From assembly GCA_032718475.1 (NCBI GenBank), contig JAUCBJ010000434.1, forward strand, positions 55,298 to 119,297: a DNA stretch of 64,000 bases, in the 5' to 3' direction. Below the pieces are notes generated by a model. It saw only the letters and a program-made list of their open reading frames with translations. It was not told the origin of the DNA and made no database searches. The stretch is from Nemertoderma westbladi. Its lineage: Eukaryota > Animalia > Xenacoelomorpha. The position numbers and the translations under genes were made by a program. The stretch's first letter is position 1. The number at the start of each line of letters is the position of its first letter. Of the stretch, positions 46,217 through 58,129 are shown piece by piece.

Positions 46217-47370
46217 TTAAAAAGGTTTCAATATTTCGTTCAATTTCAAGTATAAATCAATAGCTTTATTGAGAAATTTTGGAGGTCGAGGGCAGTTTCC
46301 ATCACCAAATAGTGTCTCAAGCAACTGAATGAAGTCTGTAGAACAACCATGATCATAGAATGGTTTAGTAAATTCTTTGGCTAAGGAACTTAGTTCTTCA
46401 TCAGTCACTGGCAAGGGCTATCCACAGTCTTGCTTTCCAAAACGTTCGGGCGAGCAGTAAAGCATATCTGGTATACTACCTAAAAAGTGTATTTTCCGAT
46501 TACGTCTGATTGTATGAGTATTCCAGTTATACACAAAACATCGAGCTGTATTTGTGTAACAATTTAAAGAAACAGTACCGTAAGCCTAAGCACTGTTGTT
46601 GCAGTTCCTTCATTGGGGAAATAAGTTCCATTATTAATCATTAAATTGAAGTTTTCTATCTAAAATTGAGAAAAATTCCACCTAAGATCTCTCCAAAATC
46701 GTTCAACTCTGGTGTTGTAAACTGAACTTCCAACTATTACTGGGTTCTCATTTCTAGTATCACTACAGTAACTCCTTAGCGTACGATGAACTCGATCGAT
46801 TGTCCCATTCTCTGTTCCCGCGTCTACACGTATCAAGAATGGCTGCCGGTTCTCTTTTTGCAGAAAGTCGAAATAGAGAGTTGACACAACATCAGGATCA
46901 TTATTGGATGGTAAAAGATACAGCCATATAATTTTCCTGGAAAACCTGCAGCATGTATAGGGAAACCGTAGGGTTTCAATTTGGCTTACCCATCTATATG
47001 TAAGCAGTACATGGGTCCACCTGAGCCATATGCACCACGACGTTGCAACAAGTTCTTTATCCTCATGTCGACACCTTCTGGATTAACAGTATCATGTGAA
47101 TATTAATTCCATACCGACTTCTCACCCGTTTGCGAATCGCCTTGTAGCCACAATTCATACCATGTTTACAAGTTCATCGACTACGGCAGCTACAACTTCT
47201 TCCCCAAACTCGTGATATGATCGATTTCTCAGGTTTAATCGCACCTTATAACGCTTCAATTTCCACTCTCCAATGACCTTATGGCGAAATTTAAGTACAT
47301 CCAAAATCTCTAGCAGTTGAAAGCCAGCAATAAAGTATATGGTTAAAAGCTGATTGATACCGTACTCATT
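46217..47370 (-). pseudogene. Degenerate DDE integrase/transposase of the IS3EU-like (Clr5-rve) type
   Basis: Across frames: GPMYCLHIDG, KLKPYGFP, FSRKIIWL..SNNDP, PFLIRVDAGTEN and GSSVYNTRVERFWRDLR. Stops and frameshifts are present. Confidence 0.75.
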
Positions 47371-47453
47371 ATTATTAAACAGACATGTAACAATAAATAC
47401 TACAGTAGTAAATCAAATAGGCCTATACATACATAGCCTATGGGTCTATACTA

Positions 47454-47953
47454 TGTTACAGATTGTACATGACCAGTAAAAAAATACCCCTTATTTCGTG
47501 CAATGCTTGTAACAAGTCAGCTCGAGCATATTAGCCCAGCTTCAATATAATATAATATTTATAATTTCAGCTGATATCTACTACTATACATTCTTGGCCG
47601 GGTAATCTAATTGCTACATTCACTATTCAACTCTCACCAGTTATCACCACCTCTAATACCGCATACAATGACAATAAGACACATTGACCTATGACAGCTC
47701 TCCTTTACAACTTCCCTGTCCCTTCGTATCTCAACCTATTTAATCAACTAACAACCACGATGAAATTCATTCTGTTATTAGGGAATCCGAAGTCTATCTT
47801 TTTACCGAACATATTTTGATGATATTAAATTCTAACATTCTTCAATAAACATTCCTGTTATTACTATTATTTTATCACAATGTTTTTCGGTCATTAAGAT
47901 TAAATCACGCATAACTGACAGAATCAGAGCAATTAAAGTAAAAAACGCTCACA
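47454..47953 (+). repeat. 5' LTR of BEL element 2
   Basis: Direct repeat of 55364-55862 with about 9 substitutions and 1 indel counted by eye. AATAAA at 47844-47849. Confidence 0.95.
47795..47805 (+). other. Candidate self-primer / transcript 5' end of BEL element 2 (TATCTTTTTAC; second copy at 55704-55714)
   Basis: Perfect 11-nt complement of the sequence following the LTR. It starts ~50 nt upstream of the LTR poly(A) signal, as expected for the start of R. Confidence 0.65.
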
Positions 47954-47964
47954 GTAAAAAGATA
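47954..47964 (+). other. Non-tRNA primer-binding site of BEL element 2 (GTAAAAAGATA)
   Basis: Abuts the 5' LTR, has no TGG, and is complementary to 47795-47805. Confidence 0.75.
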
Positions 47965-48614
47965 CACCAGTCTTTTTAATACCGTCTTTACGGTTGATCA
48001 GAATATAACCATATTATATTTGGTTACTAGGCATTGTTAAATACATATTGTAGATACAGTAGCAGTTGTAAGTGGTGGATCCGACGATAAACTACAGCTT
48101 ACAAATCGAGTTTCAAGAGGATAATCGAGCTGCTCGAGTTCAGGATGGATAAAACACTGACGACTGTGAAGTCGACGGAAATGAAGGTGAGTTTATTGAC
48201 GCTCCCCGTACATCAACGGTACTAGTTGCCCAACATAACACGTACGAACCCACTGGGACTGAAGGTATGTCCAATGCTTCTGCACCTGGACAAGCCAGTA
48301 ACCACACTCTACGTCGTGATAGAAATGACGCAGGTGCCAGGGCTCGAAACTAAGGGACCACGTGTGTACAAAACCCTCCAGACTTAGAAGTATTTAACCG
48401 TTCTATTGCAGGACATAAAGGATATTTTTCCAAGAAAAGAAACATTTTCTTTCAGGATATACGAATACCGGGAGGTTTAGACTTAGTGCCTCCAACCTAT
48501 AAGGAGTGTGTAACTTCTTACAACAGGATATGCGAAGCATACCAAGTATTTATAGAAAAATTATATGACAATAATTTTTCTAATGAAGCGAATAAGCTTC
48601 AGGGATAATTCGAA

Positions 48615-51600
48615 GTGCTAGCAGTAGCTCTCCAGGGGGATCTACAAGAAATGTCTCACCTTATATCCTCAGGTTCAACTGCAGCCGTTGTGGATAATAA
48701 TAATTTTATTACAGATAATGGTTTACATAAGCCCACTATTAGCGTTACTGATCAATTTTCATCGGCGCAACTTCCATTGAAAAATCCAAAGCGCCCCACA
48801 CATGACCGAGCGTCTGTAAATAATAGTAGGCCGGGCTCAGTTACGTCTACTGCTACCAAATTAAGAGCTCAAGAAAAATTAGAAAGCTTAAAATTAGAAC
48901 AATTAATTCGAGACCAAGAATGTGAGAAACAAATTAGAGATCTAGAGAATGAGCGAAAGCTGTGTCAACAGAGAGACAAATTAAACGCGCTAAAATTAGC
49001 TACATAATTGGCAGAAGAGGAAAATAATGGTGGTACACAGGATGCTAGTGTAAATTATAAATTAACAGATAATATAGATATTGAACCAAGCCACAATCCA
49101 GTTACTACAAAACAAGACATCGTCGGTAAATCTCAGAAAACATCTTATGTCGTCAATAATCTACACACAGAGTGCACCTCGCAATATGGCACCCGGCGAA
49201 AATATAGGAATATCTCCTATACATACGATGATGAATAGCTTTAGTTATCATCCTGCACGTAATCCAACCCCCTTTATAAATAGTAGGCCTAGTACACATG
49301 CGGGAGGGTTAACTAGAACTACAGATATAAATGCCTATGTTAGCCCAACAAATAGGCCTTTAAATGCGCACTGTCCTGCGTATATACCATCTGTTTCGAT
49401 CACCACTGCGGGTGGGCAAGTTACCTCATGCCATATGATCCAATCTGTTGGTTCTAACCCATGTAACTTTACAAACACCGAAAGCAATACAAATATACCT
49501 ACAGCAGGAGACCCATCTTGCATTAACAGCACGGGCTATCATTCTGGCTATAGACAACCATATCAAAACTACAGTAATTGCTCCATTGTACGTCGTAATT
49601 GTACCATTTGCTCCTGCAGAGACATACGTGTCTACACCATCACAGTTCACTCAATTGAACAACTCTGCTGCTGAGATAACATTTTCCGCCTTAGACAAAC
49701 TAAACACAAGATTGACCTTACCTCAACTTGAACCCATTAAATTTAGTGGTGACCCCGGGCAATACATATCCTTCACATCAACCTTTAGAGCTCAAGTGGA
49801 CCTGAAACCCTTTACAGAAATGGAGAAATTTTCATATTTATTGAATTATTTAACAGGTGAACCTCTGCACTTAATATCTAGAAGTCTAGATGGTCCGCAA
49901 ACCCAAGAAATACAGCATCTAGAAGATGCTGCAATTTGCAATATCGAAAATGTAGAGCCAGTGAGTACTACGCCTAATGTGTGGCTGTCTGTTGTACCAG
50001 TAAGGATCAAGGTAGAAGGTAAGTCACTAACAACATATGCGCTACTCGATGGAGGCTCCACCAGCTCAGTAATAGACACACTAATTATAGACACATTACA
50101 AATTACAGTTCCTGAACAAGTCGAAATAAAGGCCAAGGTGGTATTCGACCCCTGTAAGTTAGTTCAAGTTGGTAAACTATCATTCCAGGTAACCCCTGTA
50201 GATGGCAAAATACAGACCAAACGTGGATTTTTCTTAGACATGAAACATGTTTACGTAGTTTCCCAGTACACCCATAAGTATCGTAACGACCACACTAAAT
50301 TAAATTTAAACAACTGGCCACATCTACAGAATCTAAGCCCACTACTAGAAAACCCCGACATAGATGTACCGCAGGTTATTATTCTAATTGGGCAGAATTA
50401 CCCTCAAGTACATAGAAATGACAAGATCCTAGAGGTCGATGACCCAGAAGCACCCATAGCTATCCGAACACCATTTGGATGGTGTGTTGTTGGACCAGTA
50501 AACCAGGAAGAAGACCCAATAATGAGTAATAATTATTTCATTCAAGAAGATATGGAATTCCAACAAGGGACAAACGCACTAATTTTACAATCCCTAGGAC
50601 TAGAGCAATATGGCCAAGCAGAGAAGAGTACTTATACTTCAGAATTAAAGGAGGAGGAACTTAGTATGTCAAGGAACGACAAAAAGGCGCTAAAAATACT
50701 ACAAGACACTACTAGTTTCATAAATGGGCATTATTGCGTAGGAATGCTCGGGAAAGAGCGACCACCAGTATTGCATAATAATTATCCCTTAGCTAAGGTA
50801 AGGTTGCAAGGGTTTAAAGAGATTAACAGGTAAACTGGATAAATATCTGCTTTATGATAATATGATAAAGGAATATGAAACTAAAGGCAACGCGAGAAAG
50901 CTAGATTTAAGTGAGCAACAACATGTAAGCAATCAAACGTACTACTTGCCGCACCATTATGTGGAGCGCGCAGCAAAACCTGGCACATTACGCATTGTAA
51001 AAGATGCCGCCGCCAGATACAAGGGGGAATGTCTTAATTACTGCCTCTTACAGGGTCCTAACTTGACAAATAAAATTATAGGAATTCTATTGCGTTTCCG
51101 CAAGGGAAGCATTGCCTTCATAGCAGACATAGAAGGCATGTATCATCAGGTGAAAGTCACCGATGAGGATAGCGACAGCTTAAGATTTTTATGGAAGCCA
51201 ATAGGTAGTAACCAAATAGAAACTTACAAAATGCTTGTACATATATTTGGTGCTACAGATTCGTCGTGCATTGCCCACCCACACTCTAAGGAGAACCGGG
51301 TTGGATAATGCAGACGAATTTGATGAAAATGTAATAAACAGTGTACTAACATCATTTTATGTAGATGATATCTTTGAATCCTTAGATACAGTTCCAGAAG
51401 CAATAGACCTGGCTCAACAACTCATTGCTTGCCTTTCCAAAGGTGGGTTTAGATTACACAAATTCATGTCTAATTCTAGAAAGTTTTTAGAGGCATTGAA
51501 TGTCTCACACTTAGGTAAACAATACATAAACTTAGACCTGGACAACGTCCCAGCCACAAGAGTGTTGGGTGTCATTTGGGACACCCAATTGGATAATTTT

Positions 51601-54066
51601 AACTTTAATTTCCAGAAAAAGGATGCCCCTCTAACTAAGCGAGGATGTATAAGCGTTGTAAACTCAATATTTGACCCTCTGAACTTTTTATCCCCCTTTG
51701 TAGTGAAGGGAAGATTAAATGTACGAGATATATGGCATTCCGGTATTGGTTGGGACGAACCAATACCACAGGAATACATCAAAAAATGGACCAAATGGTC
51801 TCAACAGATTGCCGAACTGTCTGTCATACAGATACCCAGAGTGTACCATAGCTTTACTCAGGCATTAGAAAATATTAAGTACCAATTACATCACTTTTGT
51901 GACGCCTCCGAAGTAGCATGCGGTTGCGTTTCATATCTTAGAGTTGAAATGGATGGCCATATAACAGTATCATATTTATTTTCCAAGGTTGAAATTTCCT
52001 CAGTTTCTAGCGGGTCGTCAATGCCCCGGCGGGAGTTGCAGGCGGCAGTAATAGTCGCTGACGTTGGCCGAACTCTCAAGGAAGAACTCAACCTTAAAAT
52101 CGTTGGTCTGACTCCAAAGTAGTTCTAGGATACATAAACAATGAGGACAAAGAGTTTAAAAGGTATGTAACTAACAGAGTAAATCATATTCTAGAACAAT
52201 CCGAATGTAACCAATGGCTTTTCATTCAAGGTGAACTAAAACCAGCCGATGACATTAGCAGGGGACTCAGTACTAAAAGATTGAAGGATTGTCATCAATG
52301 GTAGTATGGGCCCACTTTCCTTTCTCAAGACGAATCCCAATGGCCCGGAATCCAAAACAAATCAGAATGGACCGACGCCATTAGAGATGATCCTCATGTG
52401 AAAATTCAATATACGGGCGAAATATCAGAGGTCGATAATGATAGTGAAGTTTCTGATGACGTCACGGAGGGGACAGAGGATTTCTGGTATAGTATTCTGG
52501 AAGAACTTCACACCAAAAAGGTAAGATTTAAGGACAGTTGTGAATCAGACATGAACGACAGCACAATAGAAGCTATCACTAAAATTATAGAGGGGAATTC
52601 ATCCTGGAATAAGGTAAGAATATTATTTGCCTGGTTGATAAGGTTATGTAAGTACTCTATCGATCCGTGCAAGACTATCATGTTAAAAAAACACCGTGGT
52701 AAGTGCTCAGGAGCTAGAAAAATCCGGCAAAAGGCTTCTGTTCTTTACACAAACGCAAACATTCAAAGAAGAATATAAATGTCCATCTAATAAATCCCCA
52801 GTGCCTAGAAATAGCCCTATTGCAAAGCTTAGCCCCCACCTAGGTAATGACGGATTAATCAGAGTAGGTAGTCGTATCAGTAAGGCACCCATATCATATG
52901 ACGCCGCATACCCAATTATACTACCAAAGAAACATTCAATAACATGGGCGTTGATATGGGACGTACATACAAAATTAGGTCACGCAGAATACTCACACGT
53001 TGTATGTAAGCTTAGAGAAAAATATTGGATACTGAGCGTACAAGCAATAACTAAAGCCATGACTGGAAAATACTTCATCTGCCGCTGGATTAAATCAAGG
53101 CAAATGGAGCAATTAATGTCACCATTACCAGCATCGAGACTAACACCATACGAGCCCCCATTCACTTATTCCACAGTGGATATGTGGGGACCCCTATACA
53201 CTTTAAGAGGTTGCAGTACCACTAATAAAAGATACGGAATATTATTCACATGCCAAAACTGCAGAGCAGTTCATCTTGACATCGCAATGAATGCATAGCT
53301 GACGCATTCATCAACGTGTATCATCAGTTTATATCCCGATGGGGCCCCCCAAAGAGGGTCGACTCTGATAACGGCTCAAACTTTATCGGGGCCGAGTCAG
53401 AACTTAGAAGTAACTTACAAACCTGGGAAGATGAGTTAGTTGAATTCTCAAGGCCGAATGGGACTGAATGGCACTTCTTGGCACCACTAGCGCCCCACAC
53501 GGGTGGAGTATGAAAGGTTAATACAGATAGCTAAAAGGACCATTCTAGCCATAATTAATAAAAATTTAGTAACCGATGACACATTACTCACAAGTATAAC
53601 AGAGGTGGAATCAATAATGAACAGTTGGCCGCTTAGTATCGTAAATAACAACATCACAGGTGAGGAACCACTCACACCTAACCACTTCCTTCTACAGCGT
53701 CCTGCCTACAACGTACACATAGGGCCAGTTTACGATAGTGACTCTTATTCTACTCGTACTTGGCGTCAATCCCAGCTAATAGCCACTAACTATTGGGAGA
53801 GGTGGCTCAGGGAGTACGTAGTGACTTTACAAACCAGAAACAAATGGAACCGTGAACGTGATAACCTGCGGGTAGACAACGCAGTACTGAGCTATGACGA
53901 TCATCAGCCTAGATCACAGTGGCAATGGGGACGTATCATCCAAGTGTTCCCAGATGCCGACGGAATTGTCCGCCATGCTTCAGTTAAAACTCCAGCAGGG
54001 GTTTATAAGCGTCATGTAGATAAGCTTTGCTTATTAGAATCTGATGTTATATCCATTGAAAAATAG
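48615..54066 (+). pseudogene. Frameshifted BEL/Pao gag-pol (true start probably further upstream, ~48150-48270)
   Basis: Motifs IKFSGDP..EKFSYLLNYLTGEP, ALLDGGS, YYLPHH..LRIVKDAA, FYVDD, HHFCDASE, VDMWGP, SDNGSNF and LTPNHFLL, spread over several ORFs. Confidence 0.92.
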
Positions 54067-54656
54067 AAATGTTTACATTATATTACCTTAATTATTTTCG
54101 GCATTCATACAGTACTCTTGGAAACTCCCAGCAATGTAGATGCAATCAGAGGCATGTACCGTACCTCAGATGAGACAACGGACAACCACAAAGGGCAACC
54201 AATAGAAGATAATAAAGAACATTAATTATTCATATGAACCATAAATGACGGTGAAGGGACTTTTACAATAATATATTTCTCTATGTTGTGCATTTTATAT
54301 ATAGTATTATACGCACTGTTTGTATGTAGTTCAATGTTTATTGCATTTATATATTTAGTATTATAGTTTGTGCGATATGATTTCTCACTAACACTCACTA
54401 ATATTTATCTCATTTCTCTCATTTAACATTTCTCTCAAACATTATTATCAGACTATATTGACAAGACTAGTTTCGACCACAGAGACAGAACGAAATAATC
54501 TAAAATCGTCACTCTAGTCTATGCTATATACTATATACTAGCTATGTTATACTGTACTATACAATCTCTATAATAATCGATATTAAAATAAAATAAATAA
54601 ATAGATAAATAATAAAATTTAAAATTAAAAACAAATTAATAATAATAGACCCTTAT

Positions 54657-55310
54657 AAGTAGACGCGGGCAAACAGTCTATTAGCGCCCTTCCCCCACAA
54701 AAAAAGGAAAGTAGACAGGGGCAAACAGTCTACTAGCGCCCTTCCCCCACAAAAAAAGGAAAGTAGACAGGGGCAAACAGTCTACTAGCGCCCTTCCCCC
54801 ACAAAAAAAAGGAAAGTAGACTAGGGCAAACAGTCTACTAGCGCCCTTCCCCCACAAAAAAAAAGGAAAGTAGACTAGGGCAAACAGTCTATTAGCGCCC
54901 TTCCCCCACAAAAAAAGGAAAGTAGACACGGGCAAACAGTCTATTAGCGCCCTTCCCCCACAAAAAAAGGAAAGTAGACAGGGGCAAACAGTCTACTAGC
55001 GCCCTTCCCCCACAAAAAAAGGAAAGTAGACAGGGGCAAACAGTCTACTAGCGCCCTTCCCCCACAAAAAAAAAGGAAAGTAGACTAGGGCAAACAGTCT
55101 ACTAGCGCCCTTCCCCCACAAAAAAAAAGGAAAGTAGACTAGGGCAAACAGTCTACTAGCGCCCTTCCCCCACAAAAAAAAGGAAAGTAGACACGGGCAA
55201 ACAGTCTATTAGCGCCCTTCCCCCAGTAGACAAGGGCAAACAGTCTACTAGCGCCCTTCCCCCAGTAGACATGGGCAAACAGTCTACTAGCGCCCTTCCC
55301 CCACAAAAAA
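54657..55310. repeat. 52-54-bp tandem array (~13 copies, two shortened to 39 bp) in the 3' UTR of BEL element 2
   Basis: Unit AAGTAGACAGGGGCAAACAGTCTACTAGCGCCCTTCCCCCACAAAAAAAGGA. Confidence 0.95.
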
Positions 55311-55363
55311 AAAATAAATAAAATTTTTTGAGATTTTGGCTTCGCAATATCTCAAGGGGGGAC

Positions 55364-55862
55364 TGTTACAGATTGTACATGACCAGTAAAAAAATACCCC
55401 TTATTTCGTACAATGCTTGTAACAAGTCAGCTCGAGCATATTAGCCCAGCTTCAATATAATATAATGTTTATAATATCAGCTGATATCTACTACTATACA
55501 TTCTTGGCCGGGTAATCTAATTGCTACATTCACTATTCAACTCTCACCAATTATCACCACTCTAATACCGCATACAATGACAATAAGACACATTGACCTA
55601 TGACAGCTCTCCTTTACAACTTCCCTGTCCCTTCGTATCTCAACCTTTTTAATCAACTAACAGCCACGATGAAATTCATTCTGTTATTAGGGAATCCGAA
55701 GTCTATCTTTTTACCGAACATATTTTGATGATATTAAATTCTAACATTCTTTAATAAACATTCCTGTTATTACTATTATGTTATCACAATGTTTTTCGGT
55801 CATTAAGATTAAATCACGCATAACTGACAGAATCAGAGCGATTAAAGTAAAAAACGCTCACA
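55364..55862 (+). repeat. 3' LTR of BEL element 2
   Basis: Direct repeat of 47454-47953, preceded by the PPT and followed by the TSD. Confidence 0.95.
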
Positions 55863-55968
55863 TACTATACCATGTTGCATTAGTCCACTGTCACAAACTC
55901 AGCCAGTTGTACTCTTAAAGTGACAGCATACAATTTGAATTTCCCTCTACCCAATTCATCCAATCCAA

Positions 55969-56330
55969 ATGGTCTTAATTTTCGTATTACGAAGTTTAAG
56001 ACTTTTTTTTGGTCTTAAGTTCGTAATGTGAAGTTTAAGATTTTTTATTGGGTTTTAGAGTTCGTAATACGAAGTTTAAGACCTTATTTGGTCTTAAAGT
56101 TTGTAATATGAAGTATAAGACTTTTTTGGTCTTAAAGTTCGTAATACGAAGTTTAAGACATTTTTTTTGGTCTTAAAGTTCGTAATACAAAGTTTAAGAC
56201 TTGTTTTATGGTCTTAAAGTTCGTAATACAAAGTTTAAGACTTTTTATATCGTCTTAAAGTTCGTATTACGAAGTTTAAGGCTTTTTTGGTCTTAAAGTT
56301 CGTAATACGAAGTTTAACACCTTTTTTGAT
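55969..56330. repeat. ~38-40-bp tandem repeat, ~9 copies (GGTCTTAAAGTTCGTAATACGAAGTTTAAGACTTTTTT)
   Basis: Each unit is quasi-palindromic: GTCTTAAA-GTTCGTA-A-TACGAA-G-TTTAAGAC. Confidence 0.9.
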
Positions 56331-56730
56331 ATTAATATTCGTTTTAAGTAAAATATAAAAAAATATTCCGAAGTGGCCCTTCAGTGCCCCTATAGATTGT
56401 TGACTAAGTAGTGTGTATATTATTCTGGCTCAATTGTTGATTTAGATCATATACGATACTACAACAATAATGGGGGGTTTGTATGTACATGTATGTATCG
56501 TATACATATCGCATAAAACAAGACCCTGTCACAAAATGCCAAAGTAAATAGCCAATAAAACGAGCGCAACATATTGTATTTCTGGTATGAACCAAGTTTG
56601 TACTGATTCTGTTGTTCAAGATGTATATGGGTTATGTAGTTTTAGAGTTGCTGGTGTAGTACAGCTACAGTACTGTAGTTGTGGAGGCATAGGTCTACTG
56701 GTTCATCATTCTTCTATGATGTTGACTCAC

Positions 56731-56897
56731 CGTTATGTAGCTACCATGTTCATCATCATATCCACCATTGTTTGGTAATCCTTTGACGCAGTGAATTTTA
56801 CTCGATGCGTGTTGTCCTAGATACCACACTACCATGTATTCCATTATCTCTGCTTGTTCATAGGCTGTCAACCGGTCCTCGAATTGCTCCATTGCCT
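56731..56897 (-). CDS. Class-2 DYRK kinase (DYRK2/3/4-like) internal exon: NAPA region and DH box
   Basis: Encodes EAMEQFEDRLTAYEQAEIMEYMVVWYLG...PNNGGYDDEHGSYIT. Acceptor TACTACAG, donor GTGAGT, 167 nt. Confidence 0.88.
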
Positions 56898-58129
56898 CTG
56901 TAGTATTAAATAGCAAACATTAATTTCTTAAATGTATTTATAAGCTAAAGTAGAATGGGGTTCTAACAGGAAGAACATTTATCGATACTTGGCTGTGTTA
57001 CCATACTGTCGTCGGTTTGGTTTTGGAGGATTATCGCCTGCTAATTCTCATGAGAGACAAACTGGACATCATCTGCGGGTAGACCTAAAATTATTTAGAA
57101 AAAATAATTATATCATCTGCGTCAATGCCAATTAATGCCCGAGACTAAACCTGGTGAGAAGTGTATGAAATAGACAGTTCCCAGTGGGGCATGTCACTCT
57201 GACGGTAACGCCACACCTGAGTCTTGTGATATGAAGCAGGGGATATAATAAGAGAATAACATCATCTAAGCAGATAAAGGAGATACAGGAGAAAATGCCC
57301 CCCAGACGAGATTACCCGGGAGGGTGGGGGCATTTTCGCCTTGTGCCATATGCCCACTTAGGACATTTTGGCCTAGCGCCATATGCCCCCCCCCCCCCCC
57401 CCCCGGCAGAATGCCAATCCCCAAAAAAAATTACGGTTTAAACTAAGTAATCAAAACAATACCAAAACTGGAAAAAATCAAGTTACAGAGGGCTTCAGAC
57501 ATTCAGACAACAGAGATTTTCCAACCCAAAACAATAAACGAAGTTTTTAACAATAATGCAGGGGGGGGGGGAGGTTACAGAAACAGGGTTTTCTAACCAA
57601 AACAACAAGCATTTATGATAACAATATATGAAAAGAAAGAGTTTACAAGGGCAGGCTTTTCTAACGACAAACAATCTAGTTTCAGATTGAAGGAAAGGAA
57701 CATGTTACAGAGTAGGTAGTATAAATGGTAGGCTACATAGAAACAAAATTCTGAAATTTGTTAATTAATTGCAATCTTTTTTACAGGAGGCAATTTCGAC
57801 TCGGCCATCGGCGTCACATATGTGCAATGTATAGGAAATACTTTATATTACACTTCATAAAAAGTAAATCAATACGGTCGCTATGTCTATGTAAACAATA
57901 TAACATTACCCATAACTGTTACGGAATATTGCAGCACTTAATACTATTTAATAGTAACCAAAATTTAAGGATCAAATAATTCTAAGAATGATAAATTATT
58001 GTTATGACGGAAAATTATTAATTATTAAATTCGAAGTTAGTAATTTTATCTTATTAATTGTAATTATTGATTTTACAAATTTAATTCGATTGTTCTATGT
58101 TTCTAGGGGATCGTTGAAGGGGAATGGAA

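Larger units (their letters stand above)
47454..55862 (+). mobile_element. BEL/Pao LTR retrotransposon 2, complete ends but decayed coding region
   Basis: 500/499-bp LTRs (TGTTACAG...CGCTCACA), 5-bp TSD TACTA (47449-47453 and 55863-55867), PPT AAGGGGGGA before the 3' LTR, and fragmented BEL gag-pol. Confidence 0.95.

Noticed and set aside
48073-48088. TGGTGGATCCGACG as a tRNA PBS for BEL element 2
   Set aside because: It is ~120 nt from the LTR boundary defined by the repeat and TSD, too far to define the LTR end.
54700-54760. Hammerhead ribozyme in the 52-bp units (GAAA-stem-CUA resembles stem III)
   Set aside because: No CUGANGA core and no stems I/II.
56941-57085. Additional DYRK exon on the minus strand (acceptor-like TTTTAG at ~57086)
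   Set aside because: Stops occur in all three frames, and the 61296-to-56897 splice already yields the conserved motif.
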